Below the pieces are notes generated by a model. That model saw only the letters and a program-made list of their open reading frames with translations, searched no databases and had not been told where the DNA came from. Below are positions 40,101-54,409 of a stretch of 64,000 nucleotides of DNA, one piece after another (position 1 is the stretch's first letter; each line of letters starts with the position of its first letter). A program made the translations under genes and the position numbers. The DNA is taken from assembly GCF_964204645.1 (NCBI RefSeq), contig NC_134029.1, positions 6,572,001-6,636,000 on the forward strand, in the 5' to 3' direction. Source of the DNA: Tubulanus polymorphus (lineage: Eukaryota; Animalia; Nemertea).

Positions 40101-43100
40101 CCGTTGGAAATCTCTGGCGACGCCTACTTCAATGTTTCTTTTTTCAGGAGCTTTAAAATCTAAAAGCGATTCACTACTCTACAACACTGCTTTTTCGAAA
40201 AGATGTTTTTTTTCTAGATAATGAGACTAGATGTTTTAAAAGAGGCGTTTGTATTATCGCATCATACGATGCGATTATTTTCCCATGAAACCCGAGCCAT
40301 CAGTCCATTACGAATTTCCTTACACGAAATACTCCTAGCCTCTGTAAATGAGAGGTAGAAATGACAAGATCCGCAATTAAGTGAGGCATCAATACGACTC
40401 TGTAGAATGTGTATCGAAAGGAGTGTAAAAAATTTTATGAATTTTATGAGAGATTTTATGAATTTATGACAGTCGTCTCCATCGATAAAGACGAAGTTAT
40501 GTAAGAGGTTTTCAACGAACAACATGAACATATTTGACCGTCAGATATTACTTACTTCAGCTATGGATTTATAAACTAGATATCTAGTTTATACGTCCAT
40601 GCTTCGGCTATCTGCGCTTGACGCCCGATATGACGTGCTGTAATAGCACGTACAATATGACGTCACCCGTTAACAACAGAATTCACAGACAATATGATGT
40701 TCGTTTATGTGAACTACCGGTATATGCGATAATGTTGCAAGTGAACAACCTCTACAGTAACTTTTATCTAGTAATACGGTTGATATTCCTGAATAAAATT
40801 GCCTCTTGAAACTTCGTGACCGTTGTCTCTTGTCCGGATATACCCGTATGATGCGATATACGAACGTGATCGAACGTGAATGTTTCATTTCTTACCTTCG
40901 AGTATAGAACATTGTCTAAATCAAAATATTTTCTTCACAGTGAAATGATAATGTGGACATTGTTGACAGATTGAATTCCTGCTTCACACTTTTCAATTTG
41001 TTTTCCAATACCTTAACCTTTTGAATTGCGGTGTCGCAGTCGTATTTTTCTTGATACATTATAAACACATTGCAGTAATAAACAAAAATGGCTGGACTTC
41101 TGGTCACGAAGAAAACTACAAGTGAAGGAGTAAGAGATTTTAGTAGTGCGACTCACGTCACAAAACATATAGGTCATAGGAAACACGAGCATTCTAGTCC
41201 GATAGATAGGATAGTAAATATGACATGGCAGACGTTTCTCATTTTTGAACTTTTGATGATTTGAAAATATGAAACGAAATGTCCTAGTATGCAGCCGTTG
41301 TCCCGAAACTGGAGATACCGATACTCGCCGTCTGTAATTCGGACTAATCCTACGCCTACTATTCAATTAAGACTTAATTACACTGCACTCGATTAAGGTC
41401 AAATGCGCAGCATCACAGAAACAATCAGCAAATATTTGATTTTAATGAAACAATTTGGTTTTGGGGTAAAGGTTTCCAATTAGTGAAAATGCACCTGAAA
41501 ATGGCGCCATGACAGTGTATTCTATTACACCCTCTTTTCCTGTAAAATTTTGGAATGGAAAAAATATAGCAAGAATATTTGCAAAAAATATGTTTTTTAA
41601 ATTCTTGGATCGTATGTACACATGGGATAACAAGAAGCTTTATGCTGGTATCGGTGGATACGTGGCATAAAGATTCGATAGAGTATTTTGCGTAGATGAT
41701 TAATCAGACTCCGGTGTCCGTCGGGAAACCCGAACGAAACACGATAGTTCCTGTTCACTAGATATTCATATTGGTCTCGATTCATCACAGTTTCCTGCAA
41801 AACATTATTGAATTGAAATTGAATGTTTTATCATCGCCGTAGAGCGAACGTTTATATAGACTTCCTAGACCCTTATTATACCATTTATCAGTGTAGTTAG
41901 TAAACAAAAACCAAAACAGTCAGTCGTTACCATCATAATTAAGTCTATTCCAGATTCACGGAGTAAACGCCTTTAACAACGATTATTCACTGAAAACTAA
42001 ATTCTTAAAATATAATAGCAACTAACGAAAACACTTCTTAGATACTTCACATAATAAGAAATATACAGGATGAATTTTATTAGCTTTTAGAAATAGCTCA
42101 AACCTTTGAGCTACAATTTGCACATTGCTACGTCGTTGTTTTTTTCATTCACTTTTCCCTATCGCTTTCGTCAGGTCCCAATTCCACAATTTGGGAATCG
42201 AATTTATTTTAACTAATGACTAAGTCTAGTTATAGTTCTTTTTACAAATTTTTTCATCAGTATAGATTTCTGTAAAAGATACATTCTTAATAGGATGTGT
42301 TCCGTATTTTTCTGTTCGAATGCTATTATTTTAGATAACAAACTTTAAATCACTAGAATTCAGCGTGTATATCCAATAACTTTGGATTGATAAATTGGCT
42401 TGACAGCATAAAACTGGTGTTATTCTAACCTCTCGACTTATTCTTTTCATTTACAGTTTTTGGCGGGGTTTGGTTGTCGACAGTTCGTCTCAGTTGTACT
42501 ATAACTGGCTGTGTGTAATATCCATATTCGTTATGTATAATCTGTTGATGATCATTGCTCGAGCAGTCTTTCATGAACTACAGACCGACTATCTATCCGT
42601 GTGGATGTCGTTAGATTATATCAGTGATTTCTTTTATATTCTCGATATGATCGTCTCCCTTAGAACAGGTTTGTATTTATGTCTGATAAAGACAAACTCA
42701 CAAAAAATACGGAAATTCTATTCTCGTAACTGATTGAACCCAGTCCTATTTTTCTAAGAAAAAATGTTCTAAAGAAATATTTGACATCGTTACGTTGCAA
42801 ATAAAGTTCGCGATTGTGACCGGAGCGAGCTCTGTTCCAAAGGGCTTATGTGTAACATGTAATTGCCTCTGTTTATTGACATGTCATATAAGTACATCGG
42901 GATCTCCCGGCAAAACAAAAATATTCGCCTTCATCTTTCGTCTGCTTATTTGAAATCATTCATTTTCTAGGATATCTGGAGCAAGGACTTTTAGTGCGGG
43001 ACACTAAAAAACTACGGAAGAACTATACAAAGACGTTGAATTTCAAGTTAGATTGTATAAGCGTATTTCCTACGGATTTCTTGTATTTCGCAGTTGGTAT

Positions 43101-44367
43101 ACACGAGCCCGCGTTGAGATTCAACCGTCTATTTAAGATCAGGAGGGTCTTCGAATTTTTCGACCGAACCGTTACCAGAACTAACTTTCCAAACATGTTT
43201 CGTATTATGAACTTGGTTTTGTATATATTGATAATCATTCACTGGAACGCCTGCTTCTTTTTTGCCATAAGCAACGCCATTGGTTTCGGTACGGACAGAT
43301 GGGTGTACAAGAACGTTTCCGACCCGGACTGGTTCCCTCTCCGTCGAAAATATATATACAGTTTCTACTGGTCCACGCTGACGCTAACGACCATCGGCGA
43401 AACTCCCCAACCTGAACAGGATGTCGAGTACATTTTCGTCGTGGCCGATTATCTGCTGGGAGTGTTGATTTTCGCTACCATCGTCGGTAACGTCGGTAGC
43501 ATGATTACGAACATGAACGCGGCCAGGGCAGAATTCCAACAAAAAATGGACGGCGTTAAGCAATACATGGAATTTCGTAAAGTCAGCAAAGAACTGGAGA
43601 GACGGGTTATAAAATGGTTTGATTATTTGTGGACTAACAAACAGTCTCTAGACGAAGAGGCGATCCTGGGTTCGTTACCCGACAAACTGAAGGCAGAAAT
43701 TGCCATCCACGTCCATTTTGAGACGCTTAAACGTGTCAGTATATTCCAAGATTGTGAGCCGGGTTTGCTCGTTGAACTTGTGTTAAAACTGAAACTACAA
43801 GTTTTTAGTCCGGGTGATTACATTTGCCGTAAAGGTGATATCGGCAAAGAGATGTACATCGTAAAACGAGGCAAACTGAGCGTCGTAGCAGACGACGGAA
43901 AAACCGTTTTCGCAACGTTAAGCGACGGAAGCGTATTCGGTGAAGTCAGTATTTTGAATATAGCCGGTAATAAGACAGGGAACCGTCGAACTGCTAATGT
44001 GCGGAGTATAGGATACTCTGATCTCTTCTGTCTTTCGAAGGACGATCTGTGGGATGCCTTATCTGAATACCCGGATGCAAAGGCCAAACTAACCGCGAAG
44101 GGCCGCGAAATCCTAATGAAGGACAACTTATTAGACGAGGAAGCGCTCAGACTGGCCGAATTAGCCAACGAAAAGGTCGATGAAAAAGTCGATCGTATCG
44201 ACCAATCGTTGGAAACGTTACAAACTAGATTTGCGCGACTATTGGCTGAATTTAACACAACGCAAAAGAGGCTAAAGCATCGAGTGACGGAATTGGAGAA
44301 AAAGCTTAAAGAAAGTGACAAAGATGATGATATGTCTTTATCGGGAATCTCAGGCATTTCGTCGTGA
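34104..44367 (+). CDS. CNGA: Cyclic nucleotide-gated channel alpha subunit (CNGA/TAX-4 type, cGMP-preferring), about 662 aa
   Basis: Coding exons 34104-34343 (exon from 34055), 39489-39628, 42457-42668 and 42971-44367; all GT-AG, phases consistent, 1989 nt. Motifs [23 protein letters not shown], pore [14 protein letters not shown] (alpha-type Glu), CNBD FGEVSIL...[14 protein letters not shown] and C-terminal leucine zipper. Start ATG 34104 is inferred. Confidence 0.96.
36701..36993 (+). mobile_element. Degraded LINE 3' remnant
   Basis: [13 protein letters not shown] (Zn-knuckle end, same type as the 10.9-kb LINE) followed about 240 bp later by a (GAATAC)3 tail. Confidence 0.5.
39906..40126. 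mobile_element. MITE with 13-bp perfect TIR in a CNG intron
   Basis: TAGGCGTCGCCAG ... CTGGCGACGCCTA; flanks CTTTA / CTTCA (5-bp TSD with one mismatch). Confidence 0.7.
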
Positions 44368-47300
44368 TTCTGTGTATTACTTAGATCAGGGGACTTCTTT
44401 TTGGTTTTGGTACGGGATGATCTCGGTAATGTTCGGTCCAGCTCGGTGTTATCTGACGGTGTTTTGTTGTTTAAACCGGCTGTGCTGCTGTTCAGCGTAA
44501 TAGCTGCTGTTAAAATGTGTATAATAGAATTTTAAGCATTTCTGTTTTAAATGTTACATCAGGGTAAATACGGCTAATACTACCGTATAAGGTATATTTG
44601 CACCTTTTTAAAGGAAGATTTGGAATTTATGGATGAATATTGTCTCATTGTTTGATCTTCCCTTATATTTCGTTTGGTTTTGTTTTCTCCAGTCGAATTC
44701 AAAACGCCTCTTTGGGCGCAATGTTACATCGGTAAAGTGCCCCTTCATTTTCCAATAAGAAAAAAAGCAACTAAACAAAATTATTGGTTGGCGTACAGTC
44801 CCCAGTCTCCCACGGTGGCTTCTTTTCGTGGTCATTTAAGATTGGTTCCTCTTTCAACATATAAAGATAGCTGACAGAAAATGCAAGCTACATGGGTAAA
44901 AATCGCAAGTAATGTTTGTTTTTATGCAATTAGGGTCTTCACAAAGAAATATAATTAGTTTCTTTAAACTAATTAAGTTTGCAAATGTTAACTCGGTAGA
45001 AAGTATCTTTACGTGTTACTGAGTCATGCGCTTGATTATCTAACGGAACTTTCAGGATAAATAGTCACATTAGGTGCGACCAATCTCGAAGCAAACTTGT
45101 CCGTAACCATGGCAATATCGTAATCAATACCGGATGTAATTGCTAACAAGATTGTCTTCTTTGTATCGTCTGCACACGAAGTTGTCGAAACCAGGATTGA
45201 TTATCGCATCATATGCATGCATTGAATTTTATACGTAAACATCAGTGTATCCTACTCTTGATGTCAAAATTATTAAATGCAAAGTTACATGACGAGACGT
45301 GGATAAAAGCCAAATCAATGATGATAAACCTATCGATAAGCTATTCTTGAGTTAGGAAATTCAAACATCTGAGTTCAAAACCGTCGAAACCATTTCTCCG
45401 TGTAGTTCGTATGCCTATATTTCGCCTAGTAATATAATGCAGTCCATTTCAACGGGTTTCACTCTGATTTTCAAGATGTTTGAGTCAGATTTTACCGACC
45501 AGCCGGCAGTACTGCGTTCTTATTCTCTTTTCCATTGTTCGCGTGATCTATGCCATTTATTTACTGCTTCTGCCTTAATGCTAATTTAGGTACCGGTACC
45601 GCATGAGATATTTTATATTTAACGAAAAAAAACGAACTGTCCAAAAGGGAATTACTGTGATAAATAAGCATGTTAAATGTATATAGCAAGAGTTTTTAGA
45701 GTGAACACATATATAAACATATACATACATATTGTAGGGGCGGATGTAGATTTTTCTAGGTGTGAGGTTTTTTTTCGTGACATTATGAAAATAATCCTGA
45801 TCAGTACAGGAACAAAACGAGCTGTCTTAATGGTTCCAAATACAGGTAAAAATTCTAGATTCATATTATTGTGACACTTTGTAATGTAACGTGGAATATC
45901 GAGGTTATGTTTGCCACCAAGCGTCATTTGACTGCTACCAAACACACAAGCGGCTTAAACTGAAATATAAAGGCCGTATACGGCTCCATGTGATACATGT
46001 TAAGAATACATGTGATTTCCGTTCATGCCTTCTGGTTTTCATTCTTATTTTTCGACTGCACCTTCCATCCACAAACTTCCGGATGGAAGCAACCCCTTCA
46101 TCGAGATACTGTATCAATCTGCTACTCCGGTCACACTGCATAAGGCTGCCGTGTATCTTAGATACCCGTGGTTGCTTTGTACGGTGACTTTTCACCGGCC
46201 CCATTCAACGCCCCCGCTGCATCCGCCCTTCCAATAATTAGTTAATCTAGATCTCTCTTTTCATACTACTACTGCTTTAGGTTTCTGCGATAGAACCATG
46301 GGTTTCAAAATAAATGAAAAAAAACTGAAATCTCATATGTTAATCACCAGTTTGTGGGCTATTTACATCCCAATCATCGTTCACTTTGGATCAAAATATT
46401 CCTTAAAATATTTTGGTGACGGTTCTGTCTCGATGTTACATTCTCATAATGACGATGCCATACTCGGAGGAAACACGTCTGTTAAAATTAAGGAGTGGGC
46501 CTAGAGACTCAGGGAGAGAAAAACGATAATAAGCTGTATATCATTGAGCTGAAGTCACGAAACTTTTTTTTTATGTATATAAAGTATTCAAATTCAATAT
46601 GATATATTGTATTTATAGAATAATGTATAAAACATATCTACATAAAATAATTGTATGAATAACATGTTAGCCTATTCATCACTTTGTGCTTTAATAATTT
46701 CAATTTTACTTTATAAGTATTTGAATGTTAGTCTTCTGCGATATAAGTGTCGGTATGTCAGTTATTTCAGTCTATTCAAAAAAACCACCACAATAAGACC
46801 TTCAAAAACCTTTTACTCGGTAGAAAATTATACACATATCTTTGTTTTATCCCTTTGAAAACTGAATTCATTCGAAATCGGTCACAAACATTTGGCCAAT
46901 GATGTTTTAGGGTTTATTTTTCTATTCGTAAATGTTCCAATTGCATTTGCTGTTGTGAAATAAGTTATAATAACTTTTTTTCATTTCTCGAAACTATAGA
47001 ATCTGAAATATTAATTCCGCACCTGTGAATGGGTCCATGTGCATAAACTATAACGTATACTATAATCTTGGCCGTGTATCCTTGGCTTTTACAGAAAAAT
47101 AGTTATACAGCAGCATTCTGCGTCACCGATAGTCTACACAAGGCTCAGTTAAAATCACATTTTCTTGTAAAATATACAATGAATTAACCTTGACAGAGGC
47201 AAAAACATATGAAACCGACCTCCGTCACACTTTATGCAAGTTGCAATTTAACCTATATATTATTATTTGATTCGTTGTAAATATACTGTCGAATATGTAA

Positions 47301-48304
47301 AGATACGTGTCAATCTAAACGTCTTTATAATACGACGTTTAGTTTTAATATATATGGATAATTGTTATGAATGTAAACAATTTTTATCAGAGCTCAAATT
47401 GATATTTTCTAGAAATAATCACTGTGTATAGATTTATGAGCAGCATGTTATCTGGTTGGTACGCGGGCCGGGCCTGAAAATGGCGGACTTTCATGTAGCA
47501 AGGCTTCTCAATAGCGCGTGATAAATAATCAAACGTAAATGGGGGAAAAGTTGTACAATCTTTTTGGCGAAGTGCTGATAATCTGGAATGGTTTAGAAAA
47601 CAATAAAATTATTCAAACTGAAATAAAGTTTTTTCTTATTATATTCATTTTTGTGGAGCACTTAATGTCGTGCAGTGATGCAGGATCCGATGACCTGACC
47701 TCAAATAAAAGTTTCGTATTTGTTCACTTCAATCCTTGATTTGGGCGTTCGGGGGTCTGTGCTCGACCATATTATCACCTGCAACAAAATGATGCGTTCC
47801 ACTTCCATAAGTCCCTTCAACTACTTCCTCTTTACATTAGATTGAATACGTCAATTCGACTTAAACACTGTAATTTCTTTTGCTGCTAATTCATTTTTAG
47901 AAACCAGAGAAATCTAATCTAGCCTATGCTATGATTATTGTTGTATATTCTTTATCATTGTTACTAGTCTAGGCCCTAATCCTTTATTACCGTCCAATTA
48001 CAGTGGTTTTTGTACAGATCAACATCGGAAATAATATCTTTTGGCCACAAGCATTTATTGATTTTGATTCAAAAAGTGTCTCTCGTCATCGGAAACGCGT
48101 CGAGAAGCATATCGCAAACATTCATTCAGATATTTTTTCTACGTATCATCAATATACCACGATCATTATAAATATCATTGTTAACAGTTACACGGCGCGA
48201 CTCAAACGAGTAAGATTGATGATGAATAATACAATTAATTTGAATTGACGTTTATCGAGTGTATCGCGTTTATGAAATAACCTTAGCCTATAATACTCCA
48301 TAAT

Positions 48305-48323
48305 ACTTCCGGTTTACTTCCGG
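48305..48323 (-). promoter_or_regulatory. Tandem ETS/GABP (NRF-2) sites in the GTPBP3 promoter
   Basis: ACTTCCGGtttACTTCCGG, two CCGGAAGT sites about 115 bp upstream of the ATG. Confidence 0.55.
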
Positions 48324-48437
48324 GTTTTTTTAATTAAATTGATTTGCGATGAAAAACATTCAATAAACACATCCAAAACATCAAATTGCTCGTTTTTAAT
48401 GCACTGGGCTTGACAAGCTGCGACAGCGAGAAAGGAC

Positions 48438-51400
48438 ATGGGTTTTATACTGTTGCATAGGCTTTTGAATTCGTCAAGGAGATCTTACTTAACATTAACA
48501 GCAGCAGTGCCAGTAGTGATGAGAACTATTATTCATAATCTGAGTCGAATGAGGCCTAAACTGACATTGAAAACTGAAGAACCTGGATTAGCAAACCCAA
48601 TCCGACGAAAATATTCAAATTGGACCTCGTGTGAAAAGACGATTTTTGCTCTATCCTCGGGCTTTGGTAAGAGTGGTGTAGCCATCATCAGAGTGAGTGG
48701 CTTTGATACCGAAAAATGTTTACGAAAAATGACGCGCCGCAATGAAACTCCTAAACCTCGCGTAGCTTCCTTGCGAACATTCTATAAACATGATTCTGGG
48801 GAGCCAATTGATACCGGGATATTGATATGGTTTAAAGGTAAATTTGGAGTTGTGCGACATTCCACAATGATTAATAGAATTTTGAGTGGAAATTACCCAC
48901 TCAAAAAAGTGCAAGTTCAAACCTACCGATCAACCTTTGAAATAAACTCTAAAAAGGGATAATATTTTTCTTTTTCACAGGGGCTCAAAGTTTTACCGGT
49001 GAAGATTCATGCGAATTTCATGTTCATGGAGGTAGTGCAGTGGTTGCTGCAATGTTGAATACTTTAGGTACGATTTCACATCTCCGCCCAGCGGAAGCCG
49101 GTGAATTCACCAAACGGTACGTACAAATTTGAGATCTACCTCAAGATACTAAAATGTTTTCAATACAGTAGAATGTCCAACTCAAAAAAAGTATATACAG
49201 AGTAGGCCCTAATCGGAGTCTGTGGTATTTAGTAGTGGAGTCTTTTAAATGGGAATGTTAGGAGTAGGCCTACCGGTAGTATAAGGGGTAAGAACCTGAC
49301 ATTGTTTTGTCAAGGAAGACAGAATCTGGTAATTCAAAAACGACTTTTATGAGAATTGAGACTTTAACTTTGGACAACTGGATCGTAATCCACTCAGCTG
49401 ATCTCAATAATCAATTCGATACTTTATAAGTATAATGCATAAATGCATAATAAGTGCAAATTTGTTGTCAATTTGGTGGTTGTAGAAGTGTCACTCAAGT
49501 AAGAGTCACTTGATAAAAATGATAGGCCTATATATTCATCTTTAGGGCTTTCCTCAATGGTAAATTAGATCTTACAGAAGCAGAGGGCCTTGGAGATCTA
49601 ATACAAGCCGACACAGAAGCTCAAAGAAAACAGGCTTACAGACAAATGAACAGTGGACTAAGCAAAATCTACTCTGAATGGAGAAATACACTGATTAAGG
49701 TTGGTTTATTATACGTAGACACAAAAATATTAATCTTGCTTTTTGTGAGCAATTCCTCAATCCTCAATTTTTTTTCCGATCTTTTATTCACTTAGTGTGC
49801 AGCAAATGTCGAAGCCTACATTGACTTCAGCGAGGATGAAAATATCGAAGAAGATGTGCTGGATCATGGTGTGAATTCTTTGATGTTAGGAAAACAGCAT
49901 TTTGATGTTTTTCGTTTCTGTTTATCTGGATGACAGCCTTGATAGTTCTGATATTTGTTTCACTTATCGCTTTACAGTTGATGTAGAACTGACTAGTTTG
50001 CTCGCAAAGCTGCGCGCTCACCTATCGGATAGTAGACAAGGTGAACGACTGCGCAACGGCGTCCAAGTGACTATCATCGGTGAACCAAACATAGGCAAAA
50101 GTAGTCTGCTGAATAAGATATGTAAGTCATTGCATTAGCATAGAATTCTCGATTTTTGATTCATTATCTCCACAAAAGCTTTAAAGAGCTAAATAGCCGA
50201 AAGTGCTGTGGCCAATAAAAGAAGATATTTTTGTGAGAAGATATTTCGAGTCACTGTTTTTAAGCAGAATGGGTGTATCTTTTTCTGACAGGTGAAAGGC
50301 CGGCGGCGATAGTTTCACCAATAGCTGGAACGACGAGAGATATCGTGGATACCGCTTTAGATATTGGCGGATATCCAGTAGTAATCAGCGATACAGCCGG
50401 ATTACGCGACACTGTCGATTTAGTGGAAAAGGAAGGCGTTCGCAGAGCATTTCAAAGGTGATGCAGGCACTTCCTCAAAATTCGAAAGTTTCTCCACACT
50501 GTTCTATTAGAACTGAAAAACTTATAATGTTATCAATATCTTTTTAGATTGTTGTTTATTATTTCAGGACAAACGAGTCAGATTTAAAGATTGTCATGAC
50601 AGACGTGCGGCAACTATCAGCCGTTCACGCAGGAAATATCCGACATTTTATCGAAGAACATTTGAAGAAGTTGGGATTCATAATCTCAAAATCAGCTGAA
50701 AACGAACAGTGCGATACAACAAGTGGAAGCACTGTCAATTGTGACGACTCGGTTACTAGTGATTCAAGTGTAATAGACTTGAATGATGTGATATTAGTGT
50801 TCAACAAATTGGATTTAATCGATCGACATGATAAGAATCAAATAATCAGGGAATTAAAATCGGTATCCGACATCAACTGTTGTGTTCTATCATGTGAAAC
50901 TGAACACGGCTTCGACGAATTTCTTGAAACTCTCAAAAACAGAGTCCAAGCGCTGTAAGAAAAATATTTTAGTACTCACAAATTTGAAACATTTACAGGG
51001 TGGCCACTTCCCCTCATTTACAAATTCCCTGATTTTACTTACGTGTTATAACACAAAATCCTCCAAGTGAATTGGCAGATGAATGGAGAAATGCATGCTA
51101 AATGGTATAGACAAATTCCCTCAGTTTTCCAGTTTTTTGGCAAGATTTGTCAAATTCCCTGATTTTTTTCTAGATTTTTCTGATTCCCTGAGTTTGCCAG
51201 GCTATCCTGTTTTATACAATGAATCGGATATATCTTCTGGGGCCAGTTGCACAGTCGTGACTTAAGTCCAAAAGTGGTCTTAAATTTTAAGAGTACTGGT
51301 CTTAAGTTGTTAGATTGGCTATAAAACTAAGCCATGACTATGCAACCGGCCCCAGTATCTGAACATCAGGGGCCAGTAGCGCAGTCATGGCTTAGATTTT

Positions 51401-51759
51401 AGACCAGTTTAAGACCATCTTAGTTCTATAGCCTATCTAACAGCTTAAGACCGATCAAGATCCACAACCGTGTACTGGGTCCTGTTATGAAACTTCCAGC
51501 ATGTAAACACTTCATTTCTTATTTCAGGTGCGGAAATCCATCGATGGGAGACGTTAGTTTCACTCGAAGTCGTCATCGCTTGCATATCACGCGTTGTTTA
51601 GACGGACTGCAATCTTATTTATATCTGAAAAACACTGATATCGTGTTGGCCGCAAATGAACTTCGAAAATCGATTTATCAGTTGGGTAAAATTACTGGAC
51701 AAGTCACAACCGATGAAATATTGGACGTTTTGTTTAAAGATTTTTGTATCGGAAAATGA
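48438..51759 (+). CDS. GTPBP3: Mitochondrial tRNA modification GTPase GTPBP3 (MnmE/TrmE/MSS1), about 563 aa
   Basis: Exons 48438-48837, 48981-49116, 49546-49699, 49796-49868, 49978-50121, 50292-50457, 50568-50954, 51528-51759 (1692 nt, phases consistent). Motifs [72 protein letters not shown] directly after the stop. Confidence 0.97.
51240..51481. mobile_element. Two adjacent PIF/Harbinger-like MITEs in GTPBP3 intron 7
   Basis: ctg|GGGCCAGTTGCACAGTC...GACTATGCAACCGGCCC|cag at 51240-51352, and a related copy at 51370-51481; CWG flanks. Confidence 0.7.
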
Positions 51760-54409
51760 TGAATAAAAACATCAATTTACAGATAACATCCGGATTTTTT
51801 TCTCTGTAATTTGTTGTTTTATCAAATCTGGCAACAAAATTTTTGTTCAGGCCATACGATCTATCATCAGAGGTTATGCTCTTCACCCAGAGCTGGAAGT
51901 GGTCATATCCACTGTGATCACTGTCGATCTATGATCCTTGCCTACTGTGGTAACGTCGGATAAGGTTCTTGGTAAAAGGTTGTAAGGTAGATCAGCACGA
52001 ATTATACTTCTAAGCTTTGCAGACATATCTGACACTGGACATTTCTACGTCATGTACCCATTAAAAACCCTATCCGCCTGAATTCTACCTGAAAGATTGA
52101 GTTTCCTCCTGAAGTGAACACGCAGAAACCAACATTATACATGGATGGAATGTTTTCTTTTATTTCACACGACTGTTATCAAACACTTTATAATATGGAA
52201 GTATGAAATAAATAAGTTAAAAGAGGAATCTTAGATAAAAAACTTAACATTATGGGGTCTGTTATGTAGCATCACAATATATTATTGGATAGATAGTAGT
52301 GGTGCTGAATTGATACACCAGTATTAACAAGCGGTGGACTGGGCAAAATTTTGAGACACGATCAGTCATTACATACAATTCGAATCTTTCAGTAACGATC
52401 TATCAATGAAACTAACTGATCAGAGAATGTAGCGATTACGTTATTTCTGGAGAATTACATAATATTAGATATCAGTTTATGCCGTTCTATAATAACTCGT
52501 CAAAATACACATGTAATAAATTCAAATACCGTGAATTCAGTACAAACACTTGAAATACCAAATTGGAAGCTAACCAATTACCAGGTAAATCAACGTAAAG
52601 AAGCTTGAAATTAGGTCATGTACATGTTCCAATAAAATGTAATTGATTCAATCTCAACGTTAAAAAGGCAGCATGAATAAAAACTCATTGGCACTGGTAA
52701 CCTAGAGCAACAGCTAGATACACTTGAATTGAAAATAAACAGGAAAAGCTTTTATACAATGATTTGAGGGTGGAGTATATTACAGGTAATTAAAAACATT
52801 TAGTGCAATATACGTTTGCATAACTAACCCAAATCAATATCAAGTTGTCACAGGACCTGACAAATACCCAGCCTAATGCAGGTTAAGAACCTTCACAAAA
52901 TGTGAGCGAATTCTTTTTCGGCTTTCCTTATGCACCAATATGTTATATTTTTTAACACAAATTCAACAAGCTTACAAGTATAAATGATCTCGTGTTGGAA
53001 TGGATATTGTAGTTCATATCAATTCAATCCATTTAAATATTCTAAAGACATCAAATTACCAGAACCAGTGGGCTTTGGGAGTGTGATCTGATACAGATGT
53101 TAAGGTGCTATGCGTATTCCACTTCAGCTCATTGCTGCGACTGAAATATCACGACAACCACTAGTTATCTTACCATTAAAATAATCTTACTTAGCTACAA
53201 TATAGAATATAAAACCAGTGTTCAAGACAAGTAAAGACACCGATATATAGGAATAAGCTTTCTTTTAGATTATAAGCTATTCAAACTCATACAATTTGTT
53301 CGCTATGCTACAATAATATATATCACTCACAGTAAGTACCGGTACATTGACTACAGAACATAGACTAACAAAGATAGATACCAGGGCCATGCAAGTTAAA
53401 AACTCTAGTGGACGGAGGAAATGAATCCATTCTTACTAATTTGATAATCCACCCAACTGCATCCCCTTAAAACATTCACCATTGTAGTGTGGAAATTGGA
53501 AGAACACCTTTCAAAAGTGTGCCGAATATGCCGGAGGTGAGGTCCAAGTAACAGGTGAAGCCTGGACGATAAATACACTGCAGATTGGTTGTACCTGAAT
53601 CGTAGCAATTTTCATTTGAAGAATTCAATACCGATAAGTTATTAAGCACGCATTAAATAGATAAATTTACAAGACGAAGATTCAATAAATATATCTAACT
53701 GTACATATCTGTGAGAATTAACACATCTACATCAAGCATATTTTGTTTGCATTATGCCTCGTTGAATAAATAACAAATGAAGAACTTTTTTCAATATAAA
53801 TGATATGAAATGAATGAAGTCGAATGTACGTAAGCATTGAGGTTCAGGTTTCCTTCTATGTAGCTGATTTAATCATCCCTCGTAGATTCCTGAAAATATG
53901 AGTTAACGTGCATGAAAGCAAGAGCGACATAACTTTTTCAACAGTTGTGAAAACCTGTATCGCACTCAGCCCAGTCTTACTCGGCTGAACATCCCTGCAA
54001 TAAGAGGGAATATTTCAAATATCGAAAAAGCCATTTCCATTCCGTAATGGCAGTTATCGCCTAAGTTTAGCGTATTCCAGTGATTAAACATATACTGAAA
54101 AATGGGCCCCTGATATTTCTAAAATCTAGTTCACTTAAAGTGTTTTTGTCTAAGAGAATCATTCAACAGTAGAACTCACTTTAAATAATTTGGATGACTA
54201 GAGACTGCCTAGATTTCTCCGAATTAAGAATAATAGTGTACATGGTTCCAGGTTAAATGGACGAAATATTTCAACCGAATCAAGTGAAAATCCGGATTGA
54301 AAAATCCGAATGTATTCTGCCTGATTCGGGACGGATACGACTGTAAGCTGATTTCTTTCTCGAGTTAAATCAGTTTTATTCACGGTAGTCAAACAACTTA
54401 CTTGACGTA

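Noticed and set aside
43818-44357. 179-aa antisense ORF over the CNG last exon (similarly 34073-34441 - and 54990-55550 +)
   Set aside because: Shadow ORFs opposite real coding exons, with no independent motifs.
44368-44535. 55 open codons in frame after the CNG TGA stop (possible readthrough)
   Set aside because: Stop context TGA-TTC is not the leaky TGA-CTA type, and a T/G-rich UTR can stay open by chance; needs conservation data.
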